NCBI RefSeq assembly: GCF_000025945.1 | Contig: NC_006138.1 | Location: 660,001 to 692,000, forward strand | DNA: 32,000 bases | Reading direction: 5' to 3' | From: Desulfotalea psychrophila LSv54 | Lineage (GTDB): Bacteria; Desulfobacterota; Desulfobulbia; Desulfobulbales; Desulfocapsaceae | Shown: positions 17,325 to 27,120 of the stretch, piece by piece | Numbering within the stretch: position 1 is the first letter of the stretch | How the letters are laid out: every line of letters begins with the position of its first letter | Translations under genes and position numbers: made by a program | Notes under the pieces: model-generated | Seen by the model: the letters and a program-made list of their open reading frames with translations, nothing else | What the model was told of the DNA's origin: nothing | The model's database searches: none

Positions 17325-17657
17325 AGGGGAAACCTTGAAAGATCAGTTTTTCTGCAAATATCTGCGTTATACAATTTCTAGCCCTGATATCGGAGTCTGC
17401 ACTTAGCTATCAGGGATGTCTGTAGTAAAGGAATTTCATCTGGCTCGGGGTCGGGACTACACCTTATTGAAAATTCAAATTTTCTCATCATTCCCGCAAA
17501 ATTATATCAATATCATAGACCGCTGAACTCAGACAGGGGGGGCATTTCTCGTTCTTTTAGCTCTTCCCCACCTAAAATTCTGGCATCCCCGGGGCCTAAG
17601 TTGTTACACTCTCCCTAGAACTGTAACCGATGATCCCATAATCAATACCACTATCCT

Positions 17658-18776
17658 ATGAAAATTATCTACTACATGCCCTTTAAGGCCCTGGATCATC
17701 CTACTCCGTCGGGAGATCTTATCATCGGCAGGGGAATTTTTGCCCATCTCTCAAAAGAGCATCAGCTAGAGGTGGCCAGCAGCCTACGGCTTCGCTGGCT
17801 ATATCGCAGGCCTGGACTATGCTGGGCATGCCTACTGGAAATATTACGTATCACTCGAAAATACCGAAAGGAGAGCCCCGATATCTGGCTGAGCTATCAT
17901 AGCTACTATAAGGCTCCCGACATTCTCGGCGCCCTCTGTAGCAGACGTTTAGGGATTCCCTATCTGCTCTTTCAGGGCATCTACTCTACCAAAAGGCGAA
18001 AAAAACTCTCCACCCTGCCCGGCTTTCTTCTCAACCGCTATGTCCTCAGACAGGCTAACCTTGTAATCACCAACAAGAGGCGAGATTACAAGAACCTGCG
18101 CCGTCTTCTCCCGGAGGATCGCCTCCTCTATATTGCCCCCGGTATCTATCCCGAGGCCTTTTACCCGGATGCCACCGCCAGAACTGCACTGCGCCAGAGC
18201 TGGGGGGTGCCAAGAGAGGGAAAGGTGATTATCAGCGCAGCCATGTTCCGCCCCGATGTAAAGAGCGAGGGAATAAAGAGGGTGATCGCCTCCATGATTA
18301 CCCTCAAAGCAGCTGGAAAAAAATTTCTTTTGGTCCTCATTGGTGACGGCCTCTGTCGTGAGGAGCTGGAGGCCTATGCCCGGCCACTGGAGGATCAGGT
18401 CATCTTTATGGGCAGGATCGAGCGAAACGAGATCTATCGTTACTTCTCAGCAGCCGACCTCTTTATCTTTCCCGGTATCCACGAGGCGTTGGGAATGGTC
18501 TACCTTGAAGCCCAATCCTGCGGTCTACCGGTTATTGCTTACGGTGACTGGGGTGCGGGGGAGGCGGTCATTGATGGTGAAACAGGCCTGCTCTCATCTG
18601 CTCAGGAACCGGAACAGATGACCAACAACATCACCTATCTTCTAGAGCATGACGATATTCGCAGGAAAATGGGAAAAAATGCTCAGGCGCATATCCGCTG
18701 CCATCATGACATTGAGAAAAACTATGCCATCCTCTCCGAGACCTTGGAGAAATATCGAAAAGCGAGTGCATCGTGA
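17658..18776 (+). CDS. Glycosyltransferase family 4 (GT1-type) protein
   Basis: 372 aa; FIFPGIHEALGMVYLEAQSCGLPVIAYGDWGAGEAVIDGETGLL is the classic E-x7-E GT4 motif. Confidence 0.9.
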   Translation: MKIIYYMPFKALDHPTPSGDLIIGRGIFAHLSKEHQLEVASSLRLRWLYRRPGLCWACLLEILRITRKYRKESPDIWLSYHSYYKAPDILGALCSRRLGIPYLLFQGIYSTKRRKKLSTLPGFLLNRYVLRQANLVITNKRRDYKNLRRLLPEDRLLYIAPGIYPEAFYPDATARTALRQSWGVPREGKVIISAAMFRPDVKSEGIKRVIASMITLKAAGKKFLLVLIGDGLCREELEAYARPLEDQVIFMGRIERNEIYRYFSAADLFIFPGIHEALGMVYLEAQSCGLPVIAYGDWGAGEAVIDGETGLLSSAQEPEQMTNNITYLLEHDDIRRKMGKNAQAHIRCHHDIEKNYAILSETLEKYRKASAS

Positions 18777-19069
18777 CCCTTAACTATTCGCTACATTTTC
18801 AAACATAGCCTCGCCCGAAAATTTAAACACCTATTGCCTTCTCTTTCCATTTTTAGAGCTTCCTATGCTGAGTAAATAGGAGTGAGGAATATGAGAAAAA
18901 CATTCACCACTGGCAGCCGAGAACACAGAGTAAATCCGAGATAAAAAGAGTTGCTTCGTAGAGACTACTACAGTTTCTTGTCTCTCTCTGGTTAACTGTT
19001 TTTCGCTTTTCGCCACTTCGCTGCTACTGATAGCTGATAGCTTATGGCTGTAGTTCTCTCGCCGTTCCG

Positions 19070-19972
19070 CTAGACCTTCACATGCCAAGGTTCATAGCGT
19101 ACGCCAAGGACATTATCTTTACCATAACGATAATTCACATAACCACGCTTAATCAGCTCCCTGTAGACATAACTTTCGATAAACTTTTCAGTGAAATTAT
19201 CAGATCCATAACCACGCTGACCAACATCAAAATCACCCGTTGCATGAAATGAGTAACCCGGAGGGGCAAGAGAACGGGAGGCAAGAGAAAAATTGCCACC
19301 AAAGAGATATGCCTTGTGCAGAAAGAGGTAGAACTGTTTGGCCAGATTACGTACTCCGGAGGTTAGAATTAGCTCTTTGCCAATATCCTCTTTAACCCTT
19401 CTGTACTTGGCAAGAGCTGCCCCCTTAAAGAGAAAATTACCATTGCCTGGAAGCCTATAAAGGAGACTGCGTGTTATCTTGCCATCTAAATGGCTCATCG
19501 GCTTTTCCCCTAAAAAACCATACTCTTTGGCATCACGAAAGAAGATCTCTTCAAGAAAATTTTTTTCTATGGAGGAAAAGGCACCGATCTCAGGTCTATA
19601 TTTAGCAAAACGATAACTCTCATCGAGACCAAGCAGACAAAAATTTCCGTGACCAACATAGTTCTGTATTTTATAAAGACGACCAATGATACTGGCAAGT
19701 AGGGGATAGCGTTTAGGGCTGAGAATAATATCTCCCGGGTAGGCAAGATCAGGATTTTTAAATTTTATAAGATGATCCTTGGCATCTCTATCATCTGTCC
19801 ACAACCTTTCAAACTCTTTTTCGGCAACGGATTTCTCAGATAAAACGGAGCAAGAGGTTAGGTAAGATTTTTTGGGATGTTCCACCCTGATACAGGGCAC
19901 ACTTGCCATTAAATCTATGGGATCTACAACGAGAGCTAGTGCAAGATATTTTAAACATTCCCTTCTGTTCAC
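19070..19972 (-). CDS. M15 family D-alanyl-D-alanine carboxypeptidase-like protein, possible Tat signal
   Basis: 300 aa; metal-site motifs SFHATGDFDVG and YEPWHVKV; N-terminus MNRRECLKYLALAL resembles a Tat leader. Confidence 0.75.
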   Translation of the reverse strand: MNRRECLKYLALALVVDPIDLMASVPCIRVEHPKKSYLTSCSVLSEKSVAEKEFERLWTDDRDAKDHLIKFKNPDLAYPGDIILSPKRYPLLASIIGRLYKIQNYVGHGNFCLLGLDESYRFAKYRPEIGAFSSIEKNFLEEIFFRDAKEYGFLGEKPMSHLDGKITRSLLYRLPGNGNFLFKGAALAKYRRVKEDIGKELILTSGVRNLAKQFYLFLHKAYLFGGNFSLASRSLAPPGYSFHATGDFDVGQRGYGSDNFTEKFIESYVYRELIKRGYVNYRYGKDNVLGVRYEPWHVKV

Positions 19973-20163
19973 GAGCTACCCTATTTTCATTTATTTATAA
20001 GTTTAATTTTACAACTTTTTCACATAAGATTTCAGCTGGCAATAAAATTTTACTCGCGAAAACTATTGTGATACGTTTAATTGTAGGCCAATCAGCTATT
20101 TTTACGCTACTATGATAAATAGTGGCACTGTTACACTACAATAGATAAGAAGTATTATAGAGT

Positions 20164-20700
20164 ATGTCATTTATGCCCAAGATCTCTTTGCGTTTTTTGT
20201 TACGAATGCGGCCAATACTCCGTTGGCTGACAAAACTACGTAGTTCACCGCGAGCTATTGCCGGTGGTTTTGCCCTGGGCACATTCATTGCCTTTACCCC
20301 GACCCTGGGGGTGCAAATTATTCTCGCTATATTTTTTGCCACTCTCTTTAACTGTAATCGTGCAGCTGCAATTATTCCTGTCTGGTTAACCAATCCCGTG
20401 ACTGTTGCCCCCATCTTCAGCTTTAATTACTATATTGGCCAACACATCTGGGGAGGCCCTCCAGTCTCTGAAGTATATGAACTCTTCTTGGGTATCGGTA
20501 GCACAATGGCGCAGTTGGATTTTTGGGGTTCAACCTTGCTTCTGCAAGAGGTTATTCAGTTGGGACCGCATCTTGTTATTCCCCTCTGCCTCGGCAGTTT
20601 CATTGTCGGATCTATCCTGACCATACTTGTTTATATTCCCATGCTCCGCATACTAACCTTTTTGGCTAGAAGAAAACGGGAAAAGAAGATCTTGTACTAG
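20164..20700 (+). CDS. DUF2062 domain membrane protein
   Basis: 178 aa; SSPRAIAGGFALGTFIAFTPTLGVQIILA..LTNPVTVAPIFSFNYYIG. Confidence 0.9.
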   Translation: MSFMPKISLRFLLRMRPILRWLTKLRSSPRAIAGGFALGTFIAFTPTLGVQIILAIFFATLFNCNRAAAIIPVWLTNPVTVAPIFSFNYYIGQHIWGGPPVSEVYELFLGIGSTMAQLDFWGSTLLLQEVIQLGPHLVIPLCLGSFIVGSILTILVYIPMLRILTFLARRKREKKILY

Positions 20701-20717
20701 TTCGCCGCTAAAGAGTT

Positions 20718-20760
20718 GTTCTATTGGCTCAATCTTAACTGTAAGATTGAGCCGTAGAAC
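20718..20760. terminator. Terminator-like hairpin between convergent genes
   Basis: gttctattggctcaatctta-actg-taagattgagccgtagaac; 12-bp perfect inner stem but no strong T-run. Confidence 0.5.
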
Positions 20761-20770
20761 AAAGGTCCTT

Positions 20771-22582
20771 TTAAGTGTCCTGCCTTCCCCTTAGTACCTT
20801 CATTTCACACTTTTTACAGTCAAAAATCAGAGTATACGCTTCCGTCTTATCATTGATAAAAAGAGGCTCTGCACTCTTTTCGCCCTGCCCTGAACAGAGG
20901 CCATACTGATTACGAACACAATATTTACAGTGCATAAGAGTGGTTATCTCTGTTCCTGTCTGAGAAAAAGAGTGGACACCATGTCGTTGATAAAAGGCCC
21001 GGGCCTTTTTATTGGTTATATTATCGTAGACTGTTACCTTATCGGTCAGCCAGGGGATATTATTAGGGACAAGGGGCAAGTCCTCTCGTTTATAGGAAAG
21101 GAGGCGTTGTTTAATATGAGTCTCAAAGGCTTGACGTCTTAGACCATTAAAGACCGCGGCTGTAACAAAGAGATTAGAAGCCAACTCAACCTCGAGTTGA
21201 TTTACTTTGAAAATTGTTTCGCCCACTTTTAAGAGCTGACGTCTTGCCGTTTGTTCGCCAATACCCTCTTTTTGAGCGCGTAAGCGCTCGATTTTTTGTC
21301 GGGTCTCAGATTTCACCCCATCCTCATCGCAAATGCTTAAGCAAAGTTCCTCTCCCAGATCAACCAGCTTCAGTTGAACTCCAATCCGCCGACAGATACC
21401 ACTCTGATCAAGGCCCTTATTAAAGAGCGGGTCAAGGTTACGATAGAGTTCCATCCCCACCTTAAGAGGGACAGCTCTGGCCAGATGCACGGTATTTCCT
21501 TCCACCCGATTCACCTGAAAGCCAAGCAGATCACCGCCTACTTTAAGGCAACAGCAGCCATCACCATTATGAAGAAGTTCCCCTCTCTCTACCTGAAAGG
21601 TTCTTTTACCAACCCCTGTTATCCTGCCGATAAACTGTCCCACCGACTTAGGCGTTTTTGTCGCCCCGGTCTTAGCTCTCTGCCCGCGCAGATAGTATTC
21701 GCCATGGCCCCGATTAAAAGAACGTTCCGGATCGGCTTGAAATGAGAATGAACAGCTTCCCGAAGAGGCAGGAACAAACTCAGGACGCCGGGCACATATC
21801 TCGTCGATCTGCTGTCGATAATGGGCGGTAACATTTTTCACATACTGCTCCCCCTTAAGCCGGCCTTCAATCTTCAGAGAGCTCACCCCCGCATCAAGCA
21901 GGTCTTCAACGCTGGAGGAGAGGTTGAGATCCTTTAAGGAGAGAACATATTCATCGGCCAGCAACTTGCCCCGACCATCTTTAAGCTGATATCTATGACG
22001 ACAAAACTGGGCGCATTCACCACGATTACCGCTGCGACCGCAGATCACCTCGCTGATATAACACTGACCACTGTAGGAAACACAGAGGGCGCCGTGAATA
22101 AAACACTCCAGAGCAACATCGGTTTTTCGATGAATATCACGAATCGCCGTGAGAGAGAGCTCCCGAGCCAGGACAACCTGTTCAAATCCCACCCCTTGCA
22201 GAAAATCAACCTTTTCCGGGCTTCGATTATTACACTGGGTAGAGGCATGGAGGGCAATGGGAGGCAGGTCACATTCAAGCAGGCCCATATCCTGGATAAT
22301 AAGTGCATCCACCCCCAGATCATAAAGCTGATAAATCTGCGCCACTGCGACATCCAGCTCATCATCAGCCAAGAGGGTATTGAGAGCAACATAGACCCGG
22401 GCAAAATAGCGATGGGCGTAGCGGACAAGCTGTTCAATATCGGCCAGGCTGTTACCGGCAGCCGACCTGGCGCCAAAGCTTGGCCCCCCAATATAAACAG
22501 CATCTGCACCATGATCTATTGCACTCTTTCCACACTGCAGGTCACGGGCGGGGGACAACAGCTCTATCTTTCTTCTAGTCAA
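20771..22582 (-). CDS. U32 peptidase family protein (RlhA/YdcP-like, predicted 23S rRNA hydroxylase)
   Basis: 603 aa; IELLSPARDLQCGKSAIDHGADAVYIGG..FGAR, ECFIHGALCVSYSGQCYIS, RSGNRGECAQFCRHRY, SLKIEGRLK. Confidence 0.9.
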   Translation of the reverse strand: MTRRKIELLSPARDLQCGKSAIDHGADAVYIGGPSFGARSAAGNSLADIEQLVRYAHRYFARVYVALNTLLADDELDVAVAQIYQLYDLGVDALIIQDMGLLECDLPPIALHASTQCNNRSPEKVDFLQGVGFEQVVLARELSLTAIRDIHRKTDVALECFIHGALCVSYSGQCYISEVICGRSGNRGECAQFCRHRYQLKDGRGKLLADEYVLSLKDLNLSSSVEDLLDAGVSSLKIEGRLKGEQYVKNVTAHYRQQIDEICARRPEFVPASSGSCSFSFQADPERSFNRGHGEYYLRGQRAKTGATKTPKSVGQFIGRITGVGKRTFQVERGELLHNGDGCCCLKVGGDLLGFQVNRVEGNTVHLARAVPLKVGMELYRNLDPLFNKGLDQSGICRRIGVQLKLVDLGEELCLSICDEDGVKSETRQKIERLRAQKEGIGEQTARRQLLKVGETIFKVNQLEVELASNLFVTAAVFNGLRRQAFETHIKQRLLSYKREDLPLVPNNIPWLTDKVTVYDNITNKKARAFYQRHGVHSFSQTGTEITTLMHCKYCVRNQYGLCSGQGEKSAEPLFINDKTEAYTLIFDCKKCEMKVLRGRQDT

Positions 22583-22598
22583 AAATATACCTCGGGTT

Positions 22599-23252
22599 CT
22601 AAAAACCTAAATCTTCATTTACCAGAACAACAATGATCCGTTTTTTAGGGAATGATTTTTCATTGATAGCCCATGTATTACAAATGCGCTGAGAACTTTG
22701 ACAATCTGCACACTCAGCCGTTGTTGCACAGGGTGTTTTCATGGAGAGACGCATGGCATTGATCGGGGCGACATACTCTTTAATGCGCTCCATGGCAGAT
22801 TCAAGATCTTCGACAATCTTATTACGACCCACCACCACAACCACATACTTAGGGCCAAAGGAGAGGGCCGCAACCCGATTACCGATCATATCAAGATTTA
22901 CCAGAGTTCCATCGGCCACCAGGGCATTGGTTCCGGTAAAAAAGATATCCACCAACAGAGACTTACGACGCACCTCTATTTTATCCTCCGCTGACTGCGC
23001 CGACAGATCGGAACGAAAAACACGAAGCTCCGTCGACTCACAGAGGGCATCATAGATACCTGTCTCTTTCAGGGTCATCGATCCGCCAAAACCCACAGTT
23101 TTTACGGCAAGCGGAGGCATAATTTCATTCATGACCAAATGTTTAGCATCAGCTACAGAGGCAGCAACATAGGCATCAAAGTTATTTCTGGCAAGATTTT
23201 CCTGCACAGCACGCAGACGAATAGTCCAATATTTATCAACGGAATTTTCCAT
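22599..23252 (-). CDS. LUD (LutC/DUF162) domain protein
   Basis: 217 aa; VGFGGSMTLKETGIYDAL, FFTGTNALVADGTLVNLDMIGNRVAALSFGPKYVVVVVGRNKIV. Confidence 0.9.
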   Translation of the reverse strand: MENSVDKYWTIRLRAVQENLARNNFDAYVAASVADAKHLVMNEIMPPLAVKTVGFGGSMTLKETGIYDALCESTELRVFRSDLSAQSAEDKIEVRRKSLLVDIFFTGTNALVADGTLVNLDMIGNRVAALSFGPKYVVVVVGRNKIVEDLESAMERIKEYVAPINAMRLSMKTPCATTAECADCQSSQRICNTWAINEKSFPKKRIIVVLVNEDLGF

Positions 23253-23274
23253 ATGTTTCTCCTTAAAAGAGGAC

Positions 23275-23802
23275 TTAAATATTCAATAAAAATTTCTTCC
23301 GATTATGAAAATCGGGTGGTCCTTCCCCGTGTTCCAATGCCCAATAGCTACAGAGACCCTCTCTGTCCTGAAGAACAGCACAGGCAGCAATTTGCAGAGG
23401 ATAATTGGGGAAAAGGATCTTGTCGAGGCAAAGATTACAGTGCAGGGTAAAAGAGTCTTCCGTCTGGTAGGTGGTAACAGAAACCTGCTCAATGCCAACT
23501 TCCTCCTGCATACCCCGGCGACACTCAGAAAAAGAGTAGATATTCCATTCCCCCATGGGAGAAACGTTCAGCTCCCAATAGGCAGGACTTTCCGGGCGAG
23601 CAATAAACACCTCAAAGCAGGTCTTGCGCCAAAGATCATGGCAGCGCCCCTGCTGTCCACCCTTGCCCATCTTTATCTGAGCGAGATCTCCCCGGAGCTG
23701 AAACCAAATAGAGATCGAATTTTGTTGTCTATAGATAGCCCCCCCGAGCTGGATACCTGCCAGGGGGCTTGTGGCATGGGGTCTTAAAGAAAAAATTTTC
23801 AT
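23275..23802 (-). CDS. DOMON-like domain protein
   Basis: 175 aa; DLWRKTCFEVFIARPESPAYWELNVSPMGEWNIYSF and YWALEHGEGPPDFHNRKKFLL. Confidence 0.75.
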   Translation of the reverse strand: MKIFSLRPHATSPLAGIQLGGAIYRQQNSISIWFQLRGDLAQIKMGKGGQQGRCHDLWRKTCFEVFIARPESPAYWELNVSPMGEWNIYSFSECRRGMQEEVGIEQVSVTTYQTEDSFTLHCNLCLDKILFPNYPLQIAACAVLQDREGLCSYWALEHGEGPPDFHNRKKFLLNI

Positions 23803-23828
23803 AATTGTTTGATCGTCTGGTAAAAAAA

Positions 23829-23853
23829 TCCGTATGGAGTCTCTCTATACGGA
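23829..23853 (-). terminator. Rho-independent terminator downstream of the porin/lipoprotein pair
   Basis: tccgtat-...-atacgga hairpin with an A-run at 23822-23828 (T-run on the minus strand). Confidence 0.7.
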
Positions 23854-23877
23854 CCTTATATTTTTATGGCGACAGCC

Positions 23878-24102
23878 TCACTCTTTTACGACTGACTCTT
23901 CTGCCACCCCTTTCTTCGCCAAGGCATTGCCAACCTCCTTCGCCCGGAGAATATGGTACTGACCCGCCTCCCCGGTAATTAGACCGGGAGTATCGGGTTT
24001 ATTGTTGGTGTCCTGATAGCTATATTCCCTGCCCCCACATGCCTGCAAAAGAGAGAGGAGAAGGAGGAGACAGAAGAAATTGATACCATATGAGCCTTTC
24101 AT
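23878..24102 (-). CDS. Small lipoprotein
   Basis: 74 aa with lipobox LLSLLQACGG; overlaps the upstream porin stop by 1 nt (translational coupling). Confidence 0.6.
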   Translation of the reverse strand: MKGSYGINFFCLLLLLSLLQACGGREYSYQDTNNKPDTPGLITGEAGQYHILRAKEVGNALAKKGVAEESVVKE

Positions 24103-25412
24103 TAAAATTGTAACCTCGCTCCACTCATAACAACATTGACGTTCTCATAGTCCGTGCTATCGGTCTCATACATATACTGCCTAAAGCCTATATAAAATTC
24201 CGTGCCCCAGTCGTTCACATTCTGCACCGCCGCAACTGACCAGGTCTTGGCCTTGCCACCCCTGAGGGGTTTACCGGCATTGTCATCAACATAAACATCA
24301 TCATTTTGACTATAATCTACAGAGAGGGCAGTCTTGCCACAGGAAAAGAAATCCTTCTGGTAGCCAAGTTTGCCATAGATAAAGGTGGCATCATCATAGC
24401 CGGTATGGATAGACTTCTGCCGTCCTGCTGCCAGGGTAGTATTGAGGCCATTACTGAGAAGAACAGAGACCGAACCGTTGACGATTTTACCATCACTGCC
24501 GGGGGCCTGATAGGCCAGGGCCGCTGCCACCTTGGCTATCTCATAGTCACGGTTATAACGCAGGGTCAGATCATAGAAGTCATCGGCGGCAGCGGAAGTC
24601 GAGGCCATAAAACCGGCAAAAGCTGGGGTATCATAGCGGACGCGATTCTTACGACCACTGTCCATATCGGTAAAGACACTTCCTACACTTAAGGTGTCCT
24701 TCTTAATGAGATCCTTCACCCCATTATACCAGAGCTGGCCTGCTGCAATATCTGAGACAGAGGAATAGGCAATAAGGGAGGTGCCGGAGAGATCCACCTC
24801 TGAGGAGAGGTATGCGGCCATAGCACCCTTACCAATAGAGAACTTACCTAGGCGCTTATTATTAAAGAAAATATCGGCATGGCGCAGGAGGATCTCGTCA
24901 AAGCCCGATGTTTCAAACTGATTTACCTTGGATGATGGGCTGGAAATGAGGCCATACTCAAGCTTACCGCCCACGCTAAAATCATCGCTTACGGCAACAC
25001 CAATATTGAGACCAATTCTAGACATGGAGTTGATATTATCAACAAAATAGCTCTTACTGGAGTTACCATTATCGGCAAAGAGGTAGGCCTTATTCAGCCA
25101 ACCATAAACAGAGAGGTCGACATTAGCAAAACGAGTTTTTAAGGCTAAAGAATCCTCTGTCTCGGTGACGAGGGCCTTTATCTGGGTCTTATCAGCCTTT
25201 TTATCCACGGCCAGAGCAACTCCACCCATTCGCTTTTTCAAGTTTTCTATCTCTTGGGCCTGGACACTCAGCTGTTTTTGCTGCTGCTCAACGAGTTTTT
25301 TAAGTTCCAGAAACAGCTTGTCATCAACCTGAGCAGCCATGGCCGTTGAGGCCACCGACAAAATAAGCATGGAACCAATTGTCACCGCCATTCTTCCCAT
25401 TGTTTTTTTCAA
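24102..25412 (-). CDS. Outer membrane porin
   Basis: 436 aa; signal peptide MKKTMGRMAVTIGSMLILSVASTAMAA, N-terminal coiled coil (LVEQQQKQLSVQAQEIENLKKRMG), beta-rich body, final Phe (MSGARLQF). Confidence 0.85.
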   Translation of the reverse strand: MKKTMGRMAVTIGSMLILSVASTAMAAQVDDKLFLELKKLVEQQQKQLSVQAQEIENLKKRMGGVALAVDKKADKTQIKALVTETEDSLALKTRFANVDLSVYGWLNKAYLFADNGNSSKSYFVDNINSMSRIGLNIGVAVSDDFSVGGKLEYGLISSPSSKVNQFETSGFDEILLRHADIFFNNKRLGKFSIGKGAMAAYLSSEVDLSGTSLIAYSSVSDIAAGQLWYNGVKDLIKKDTLSVGSVFTDMDSGRKNRVRYDTPAFAGFMASTSAAADDFYDLTLRYNRDYEIAKVAAALAYQAPGSDGKIVNGSVSVLLSNGLNTTLAAGRQKSIHTGYDDATFIYGKLGYQKDFFSCGKTALSVDYSQNDDVYVDDNAGKPLRGGKAKTWSVAAVQNVNDWGTEFYIGFRQYMYETDSTDYENVNVVMSGARLQF

Positions 25413-25507
25413 GCCTTCCTCCTGCTAAATAAGTATCTTAAGAGCTCTATCCTCCCATAAGTGAATCACAGAAAATAAGCCTTTGCAAGATTACCCTCGC
25501 AGCCCCG

Positions 25508-27088
25508 CTAAACGGGCATTCTCTCCCCCTTAAGAGGAATACTTACATCAAACCCCTCGCCTCGCAAATGTTCGGCAAAGGCCAGGGACTGCTCCACCTC
25601 TCCATGCACCAGAGCAATACTTTTAACATTGAGATTAGAATCCTTGAGTACCCGGGTCATCTCGTCACGATCACCATGACCACTGAGACCACCAAGACTG
25701 ACCACATGGGCTCTAAGCGGATAGTCCTTACCATAAAATCGAACCATGGGCGCATCTCCCTGCCGACCACTCTCCGCATACTCCTTGCCCTTTTCATGAA
25801 GAAGGCGACCAAAGGTATTCTCCCCCATATAGCCGACAATAAGGACTGTATTTCGTTCATCATGAATTCTATGACGAAGATGATGCAGTATCCTGCCGCC
25901 CTCACACATTCCGGAACCGGCGAGGATAATATTAGAGAGGGGATCACGGTTGAGAGCCATTGACTCCTGAACATTATGGACAAAATGAAGGTGCTCAAAG
26001 CTGAAGGGACTCTGCCTCATCTCCAAAAAGCTCCGGTGGGTTGCCTCATCATAGTCTTCCGGATGCTCACCAAAGACGGTGGTCAGATTGGTGGCAAGGG
26101 GGCTATCTATATAGACAGGACGACGAGGAACCTCACCGTCTCGATAAAGCTCATGCAGAAAATAAATAAGCTCTTGGGTACGACCAAAGGCAAAACAGGG
26201 GATAAGTACGCTTCCCCCCCGTTCAAAGGTCTCTGTTAAGACCTTCTTCAACATCGGCTTCAGGGAGGCAACGGGTTCATGGAGGCGGTTACCGTAGGTA
26301 CTCTCCATAAGACAGAGATCAATATTCCGATGCTCCGGGGCAAAGTTAAGAGTGGGATCCTTAATGATCGGCTTATCAAAACGGCCTAAATCACCACTGT
26401 ACATGATGTTCTTCACCTGCCCCGATGGTGTCTTTCTTTGAATAATAGAGATGGCAGAGCCAAGAATATGCCCCGCCTCATACTGGGTGCAGGTGGTGTT
26501 CTTACCCACGGTAAAGGTAGTTTCATAGGGCATGCCCTTAAAAGCAGGAAGGCATCTGTCAACGGACTCCTGGCTATAGATGGGTCGAACTATTTCCAGG
26601 TTATTTTTTTGCGCTACCTCAATAATAAGACTGCGTTTACTCTGATAATCATCGGACTTAAGAATTCCCTGCATCTCCTTCAGTTCCGCCCGGGAAATAT
26701 TCCCCGGATTATCACCCTGTTTTGCCTTTTCTAAAAATTTTTTTACCGTCTTATAGTTGAGGTAGGAACAGTCACCGGCCTGAATATTGGCCGAATCCCT
26801 GAGCAGGTAGGCACAGGCATCTGCCGTTGCCCGGGTGCAAAAAATATTTCCGGTAAAGCCCTGATCCGTCAACATGGGCAGGCGTCCGGAATGATCAATA
26901 TGGGCATGAGAGAGAATAACATTACTGATAGTCTTGGGATCTACAAGAAAATGACGATTCTTCTCCTCACACTCCTTACGTCGCCCCTGATAGAGACCAC
27001 AGTCGAGCAGAAGGGTATCATCTGAAGTTGTAATGGTATGAAAAGAACCGGTTACCTCTTGAGTTGCCCCATAAGCAGTCACATACAT
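25508..27088 (-). CDS. MBL-fold, beta-CASP/RMMBL RNA-specificity exonuclease family protein
   Basis: 526 aa; MYVTAYGATQEVTGSFH, LSHAHIDHSGRLP, GSVLIPCFAFGRTQEL, YMGENTFGR, LSGHGDRDEM, VHGEVEQSLAFAEHL. Confidence 0.95.
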   Translation of the reverse strand: MYVTAYGATQEVTGSFHTITTSDDTLLLDCGLYQGRRKECEEKNRHFLVDPKTISNVILSHAHIDHSGRLPMLTDQGFTGNIFCTRATADACAYLLRDSANIQAGDCSYLNYKTVKKFLEKAKQGDNPGNISRAELKEMQGILKSDDYQSKRSLIIEVAQKNNLEIVRPIYSQESVDRCLPAFKGMPYETTFTVGKNTTCTQYEAGHILGSAISIIQRKTPSGQVKNIMYSGDLGRFDKPIIKDPTLNFAPEHRNIDLCLMESTYGNRLHEPVASLKPMLKKVLTETFERGGSVLIPCFAFGRTQELIYFLHELYRDGEVPRRPVYIDSPLATNLTTVFGEHPEDYDEATHRSFLEMRQSPFSFEHLHFVHNVQESMALNRDPLSNIILAGSGMCEGGRILHHLRHRIHDERNTVLIVGYMGENTFGRLLHEKGKEYAESGRQGDAPMVRFYGKDYPLRAHVVSLGGLSGHGDRDEMTRVLKDSNLNVKSIALVHGEVEQSLAFAEHLRGEGFDVSIPLKGERMPV

Positions 27089-27120
27089 AGCTAGCTCCCT
27101 TTAAAAAATTCCCCCAACTA

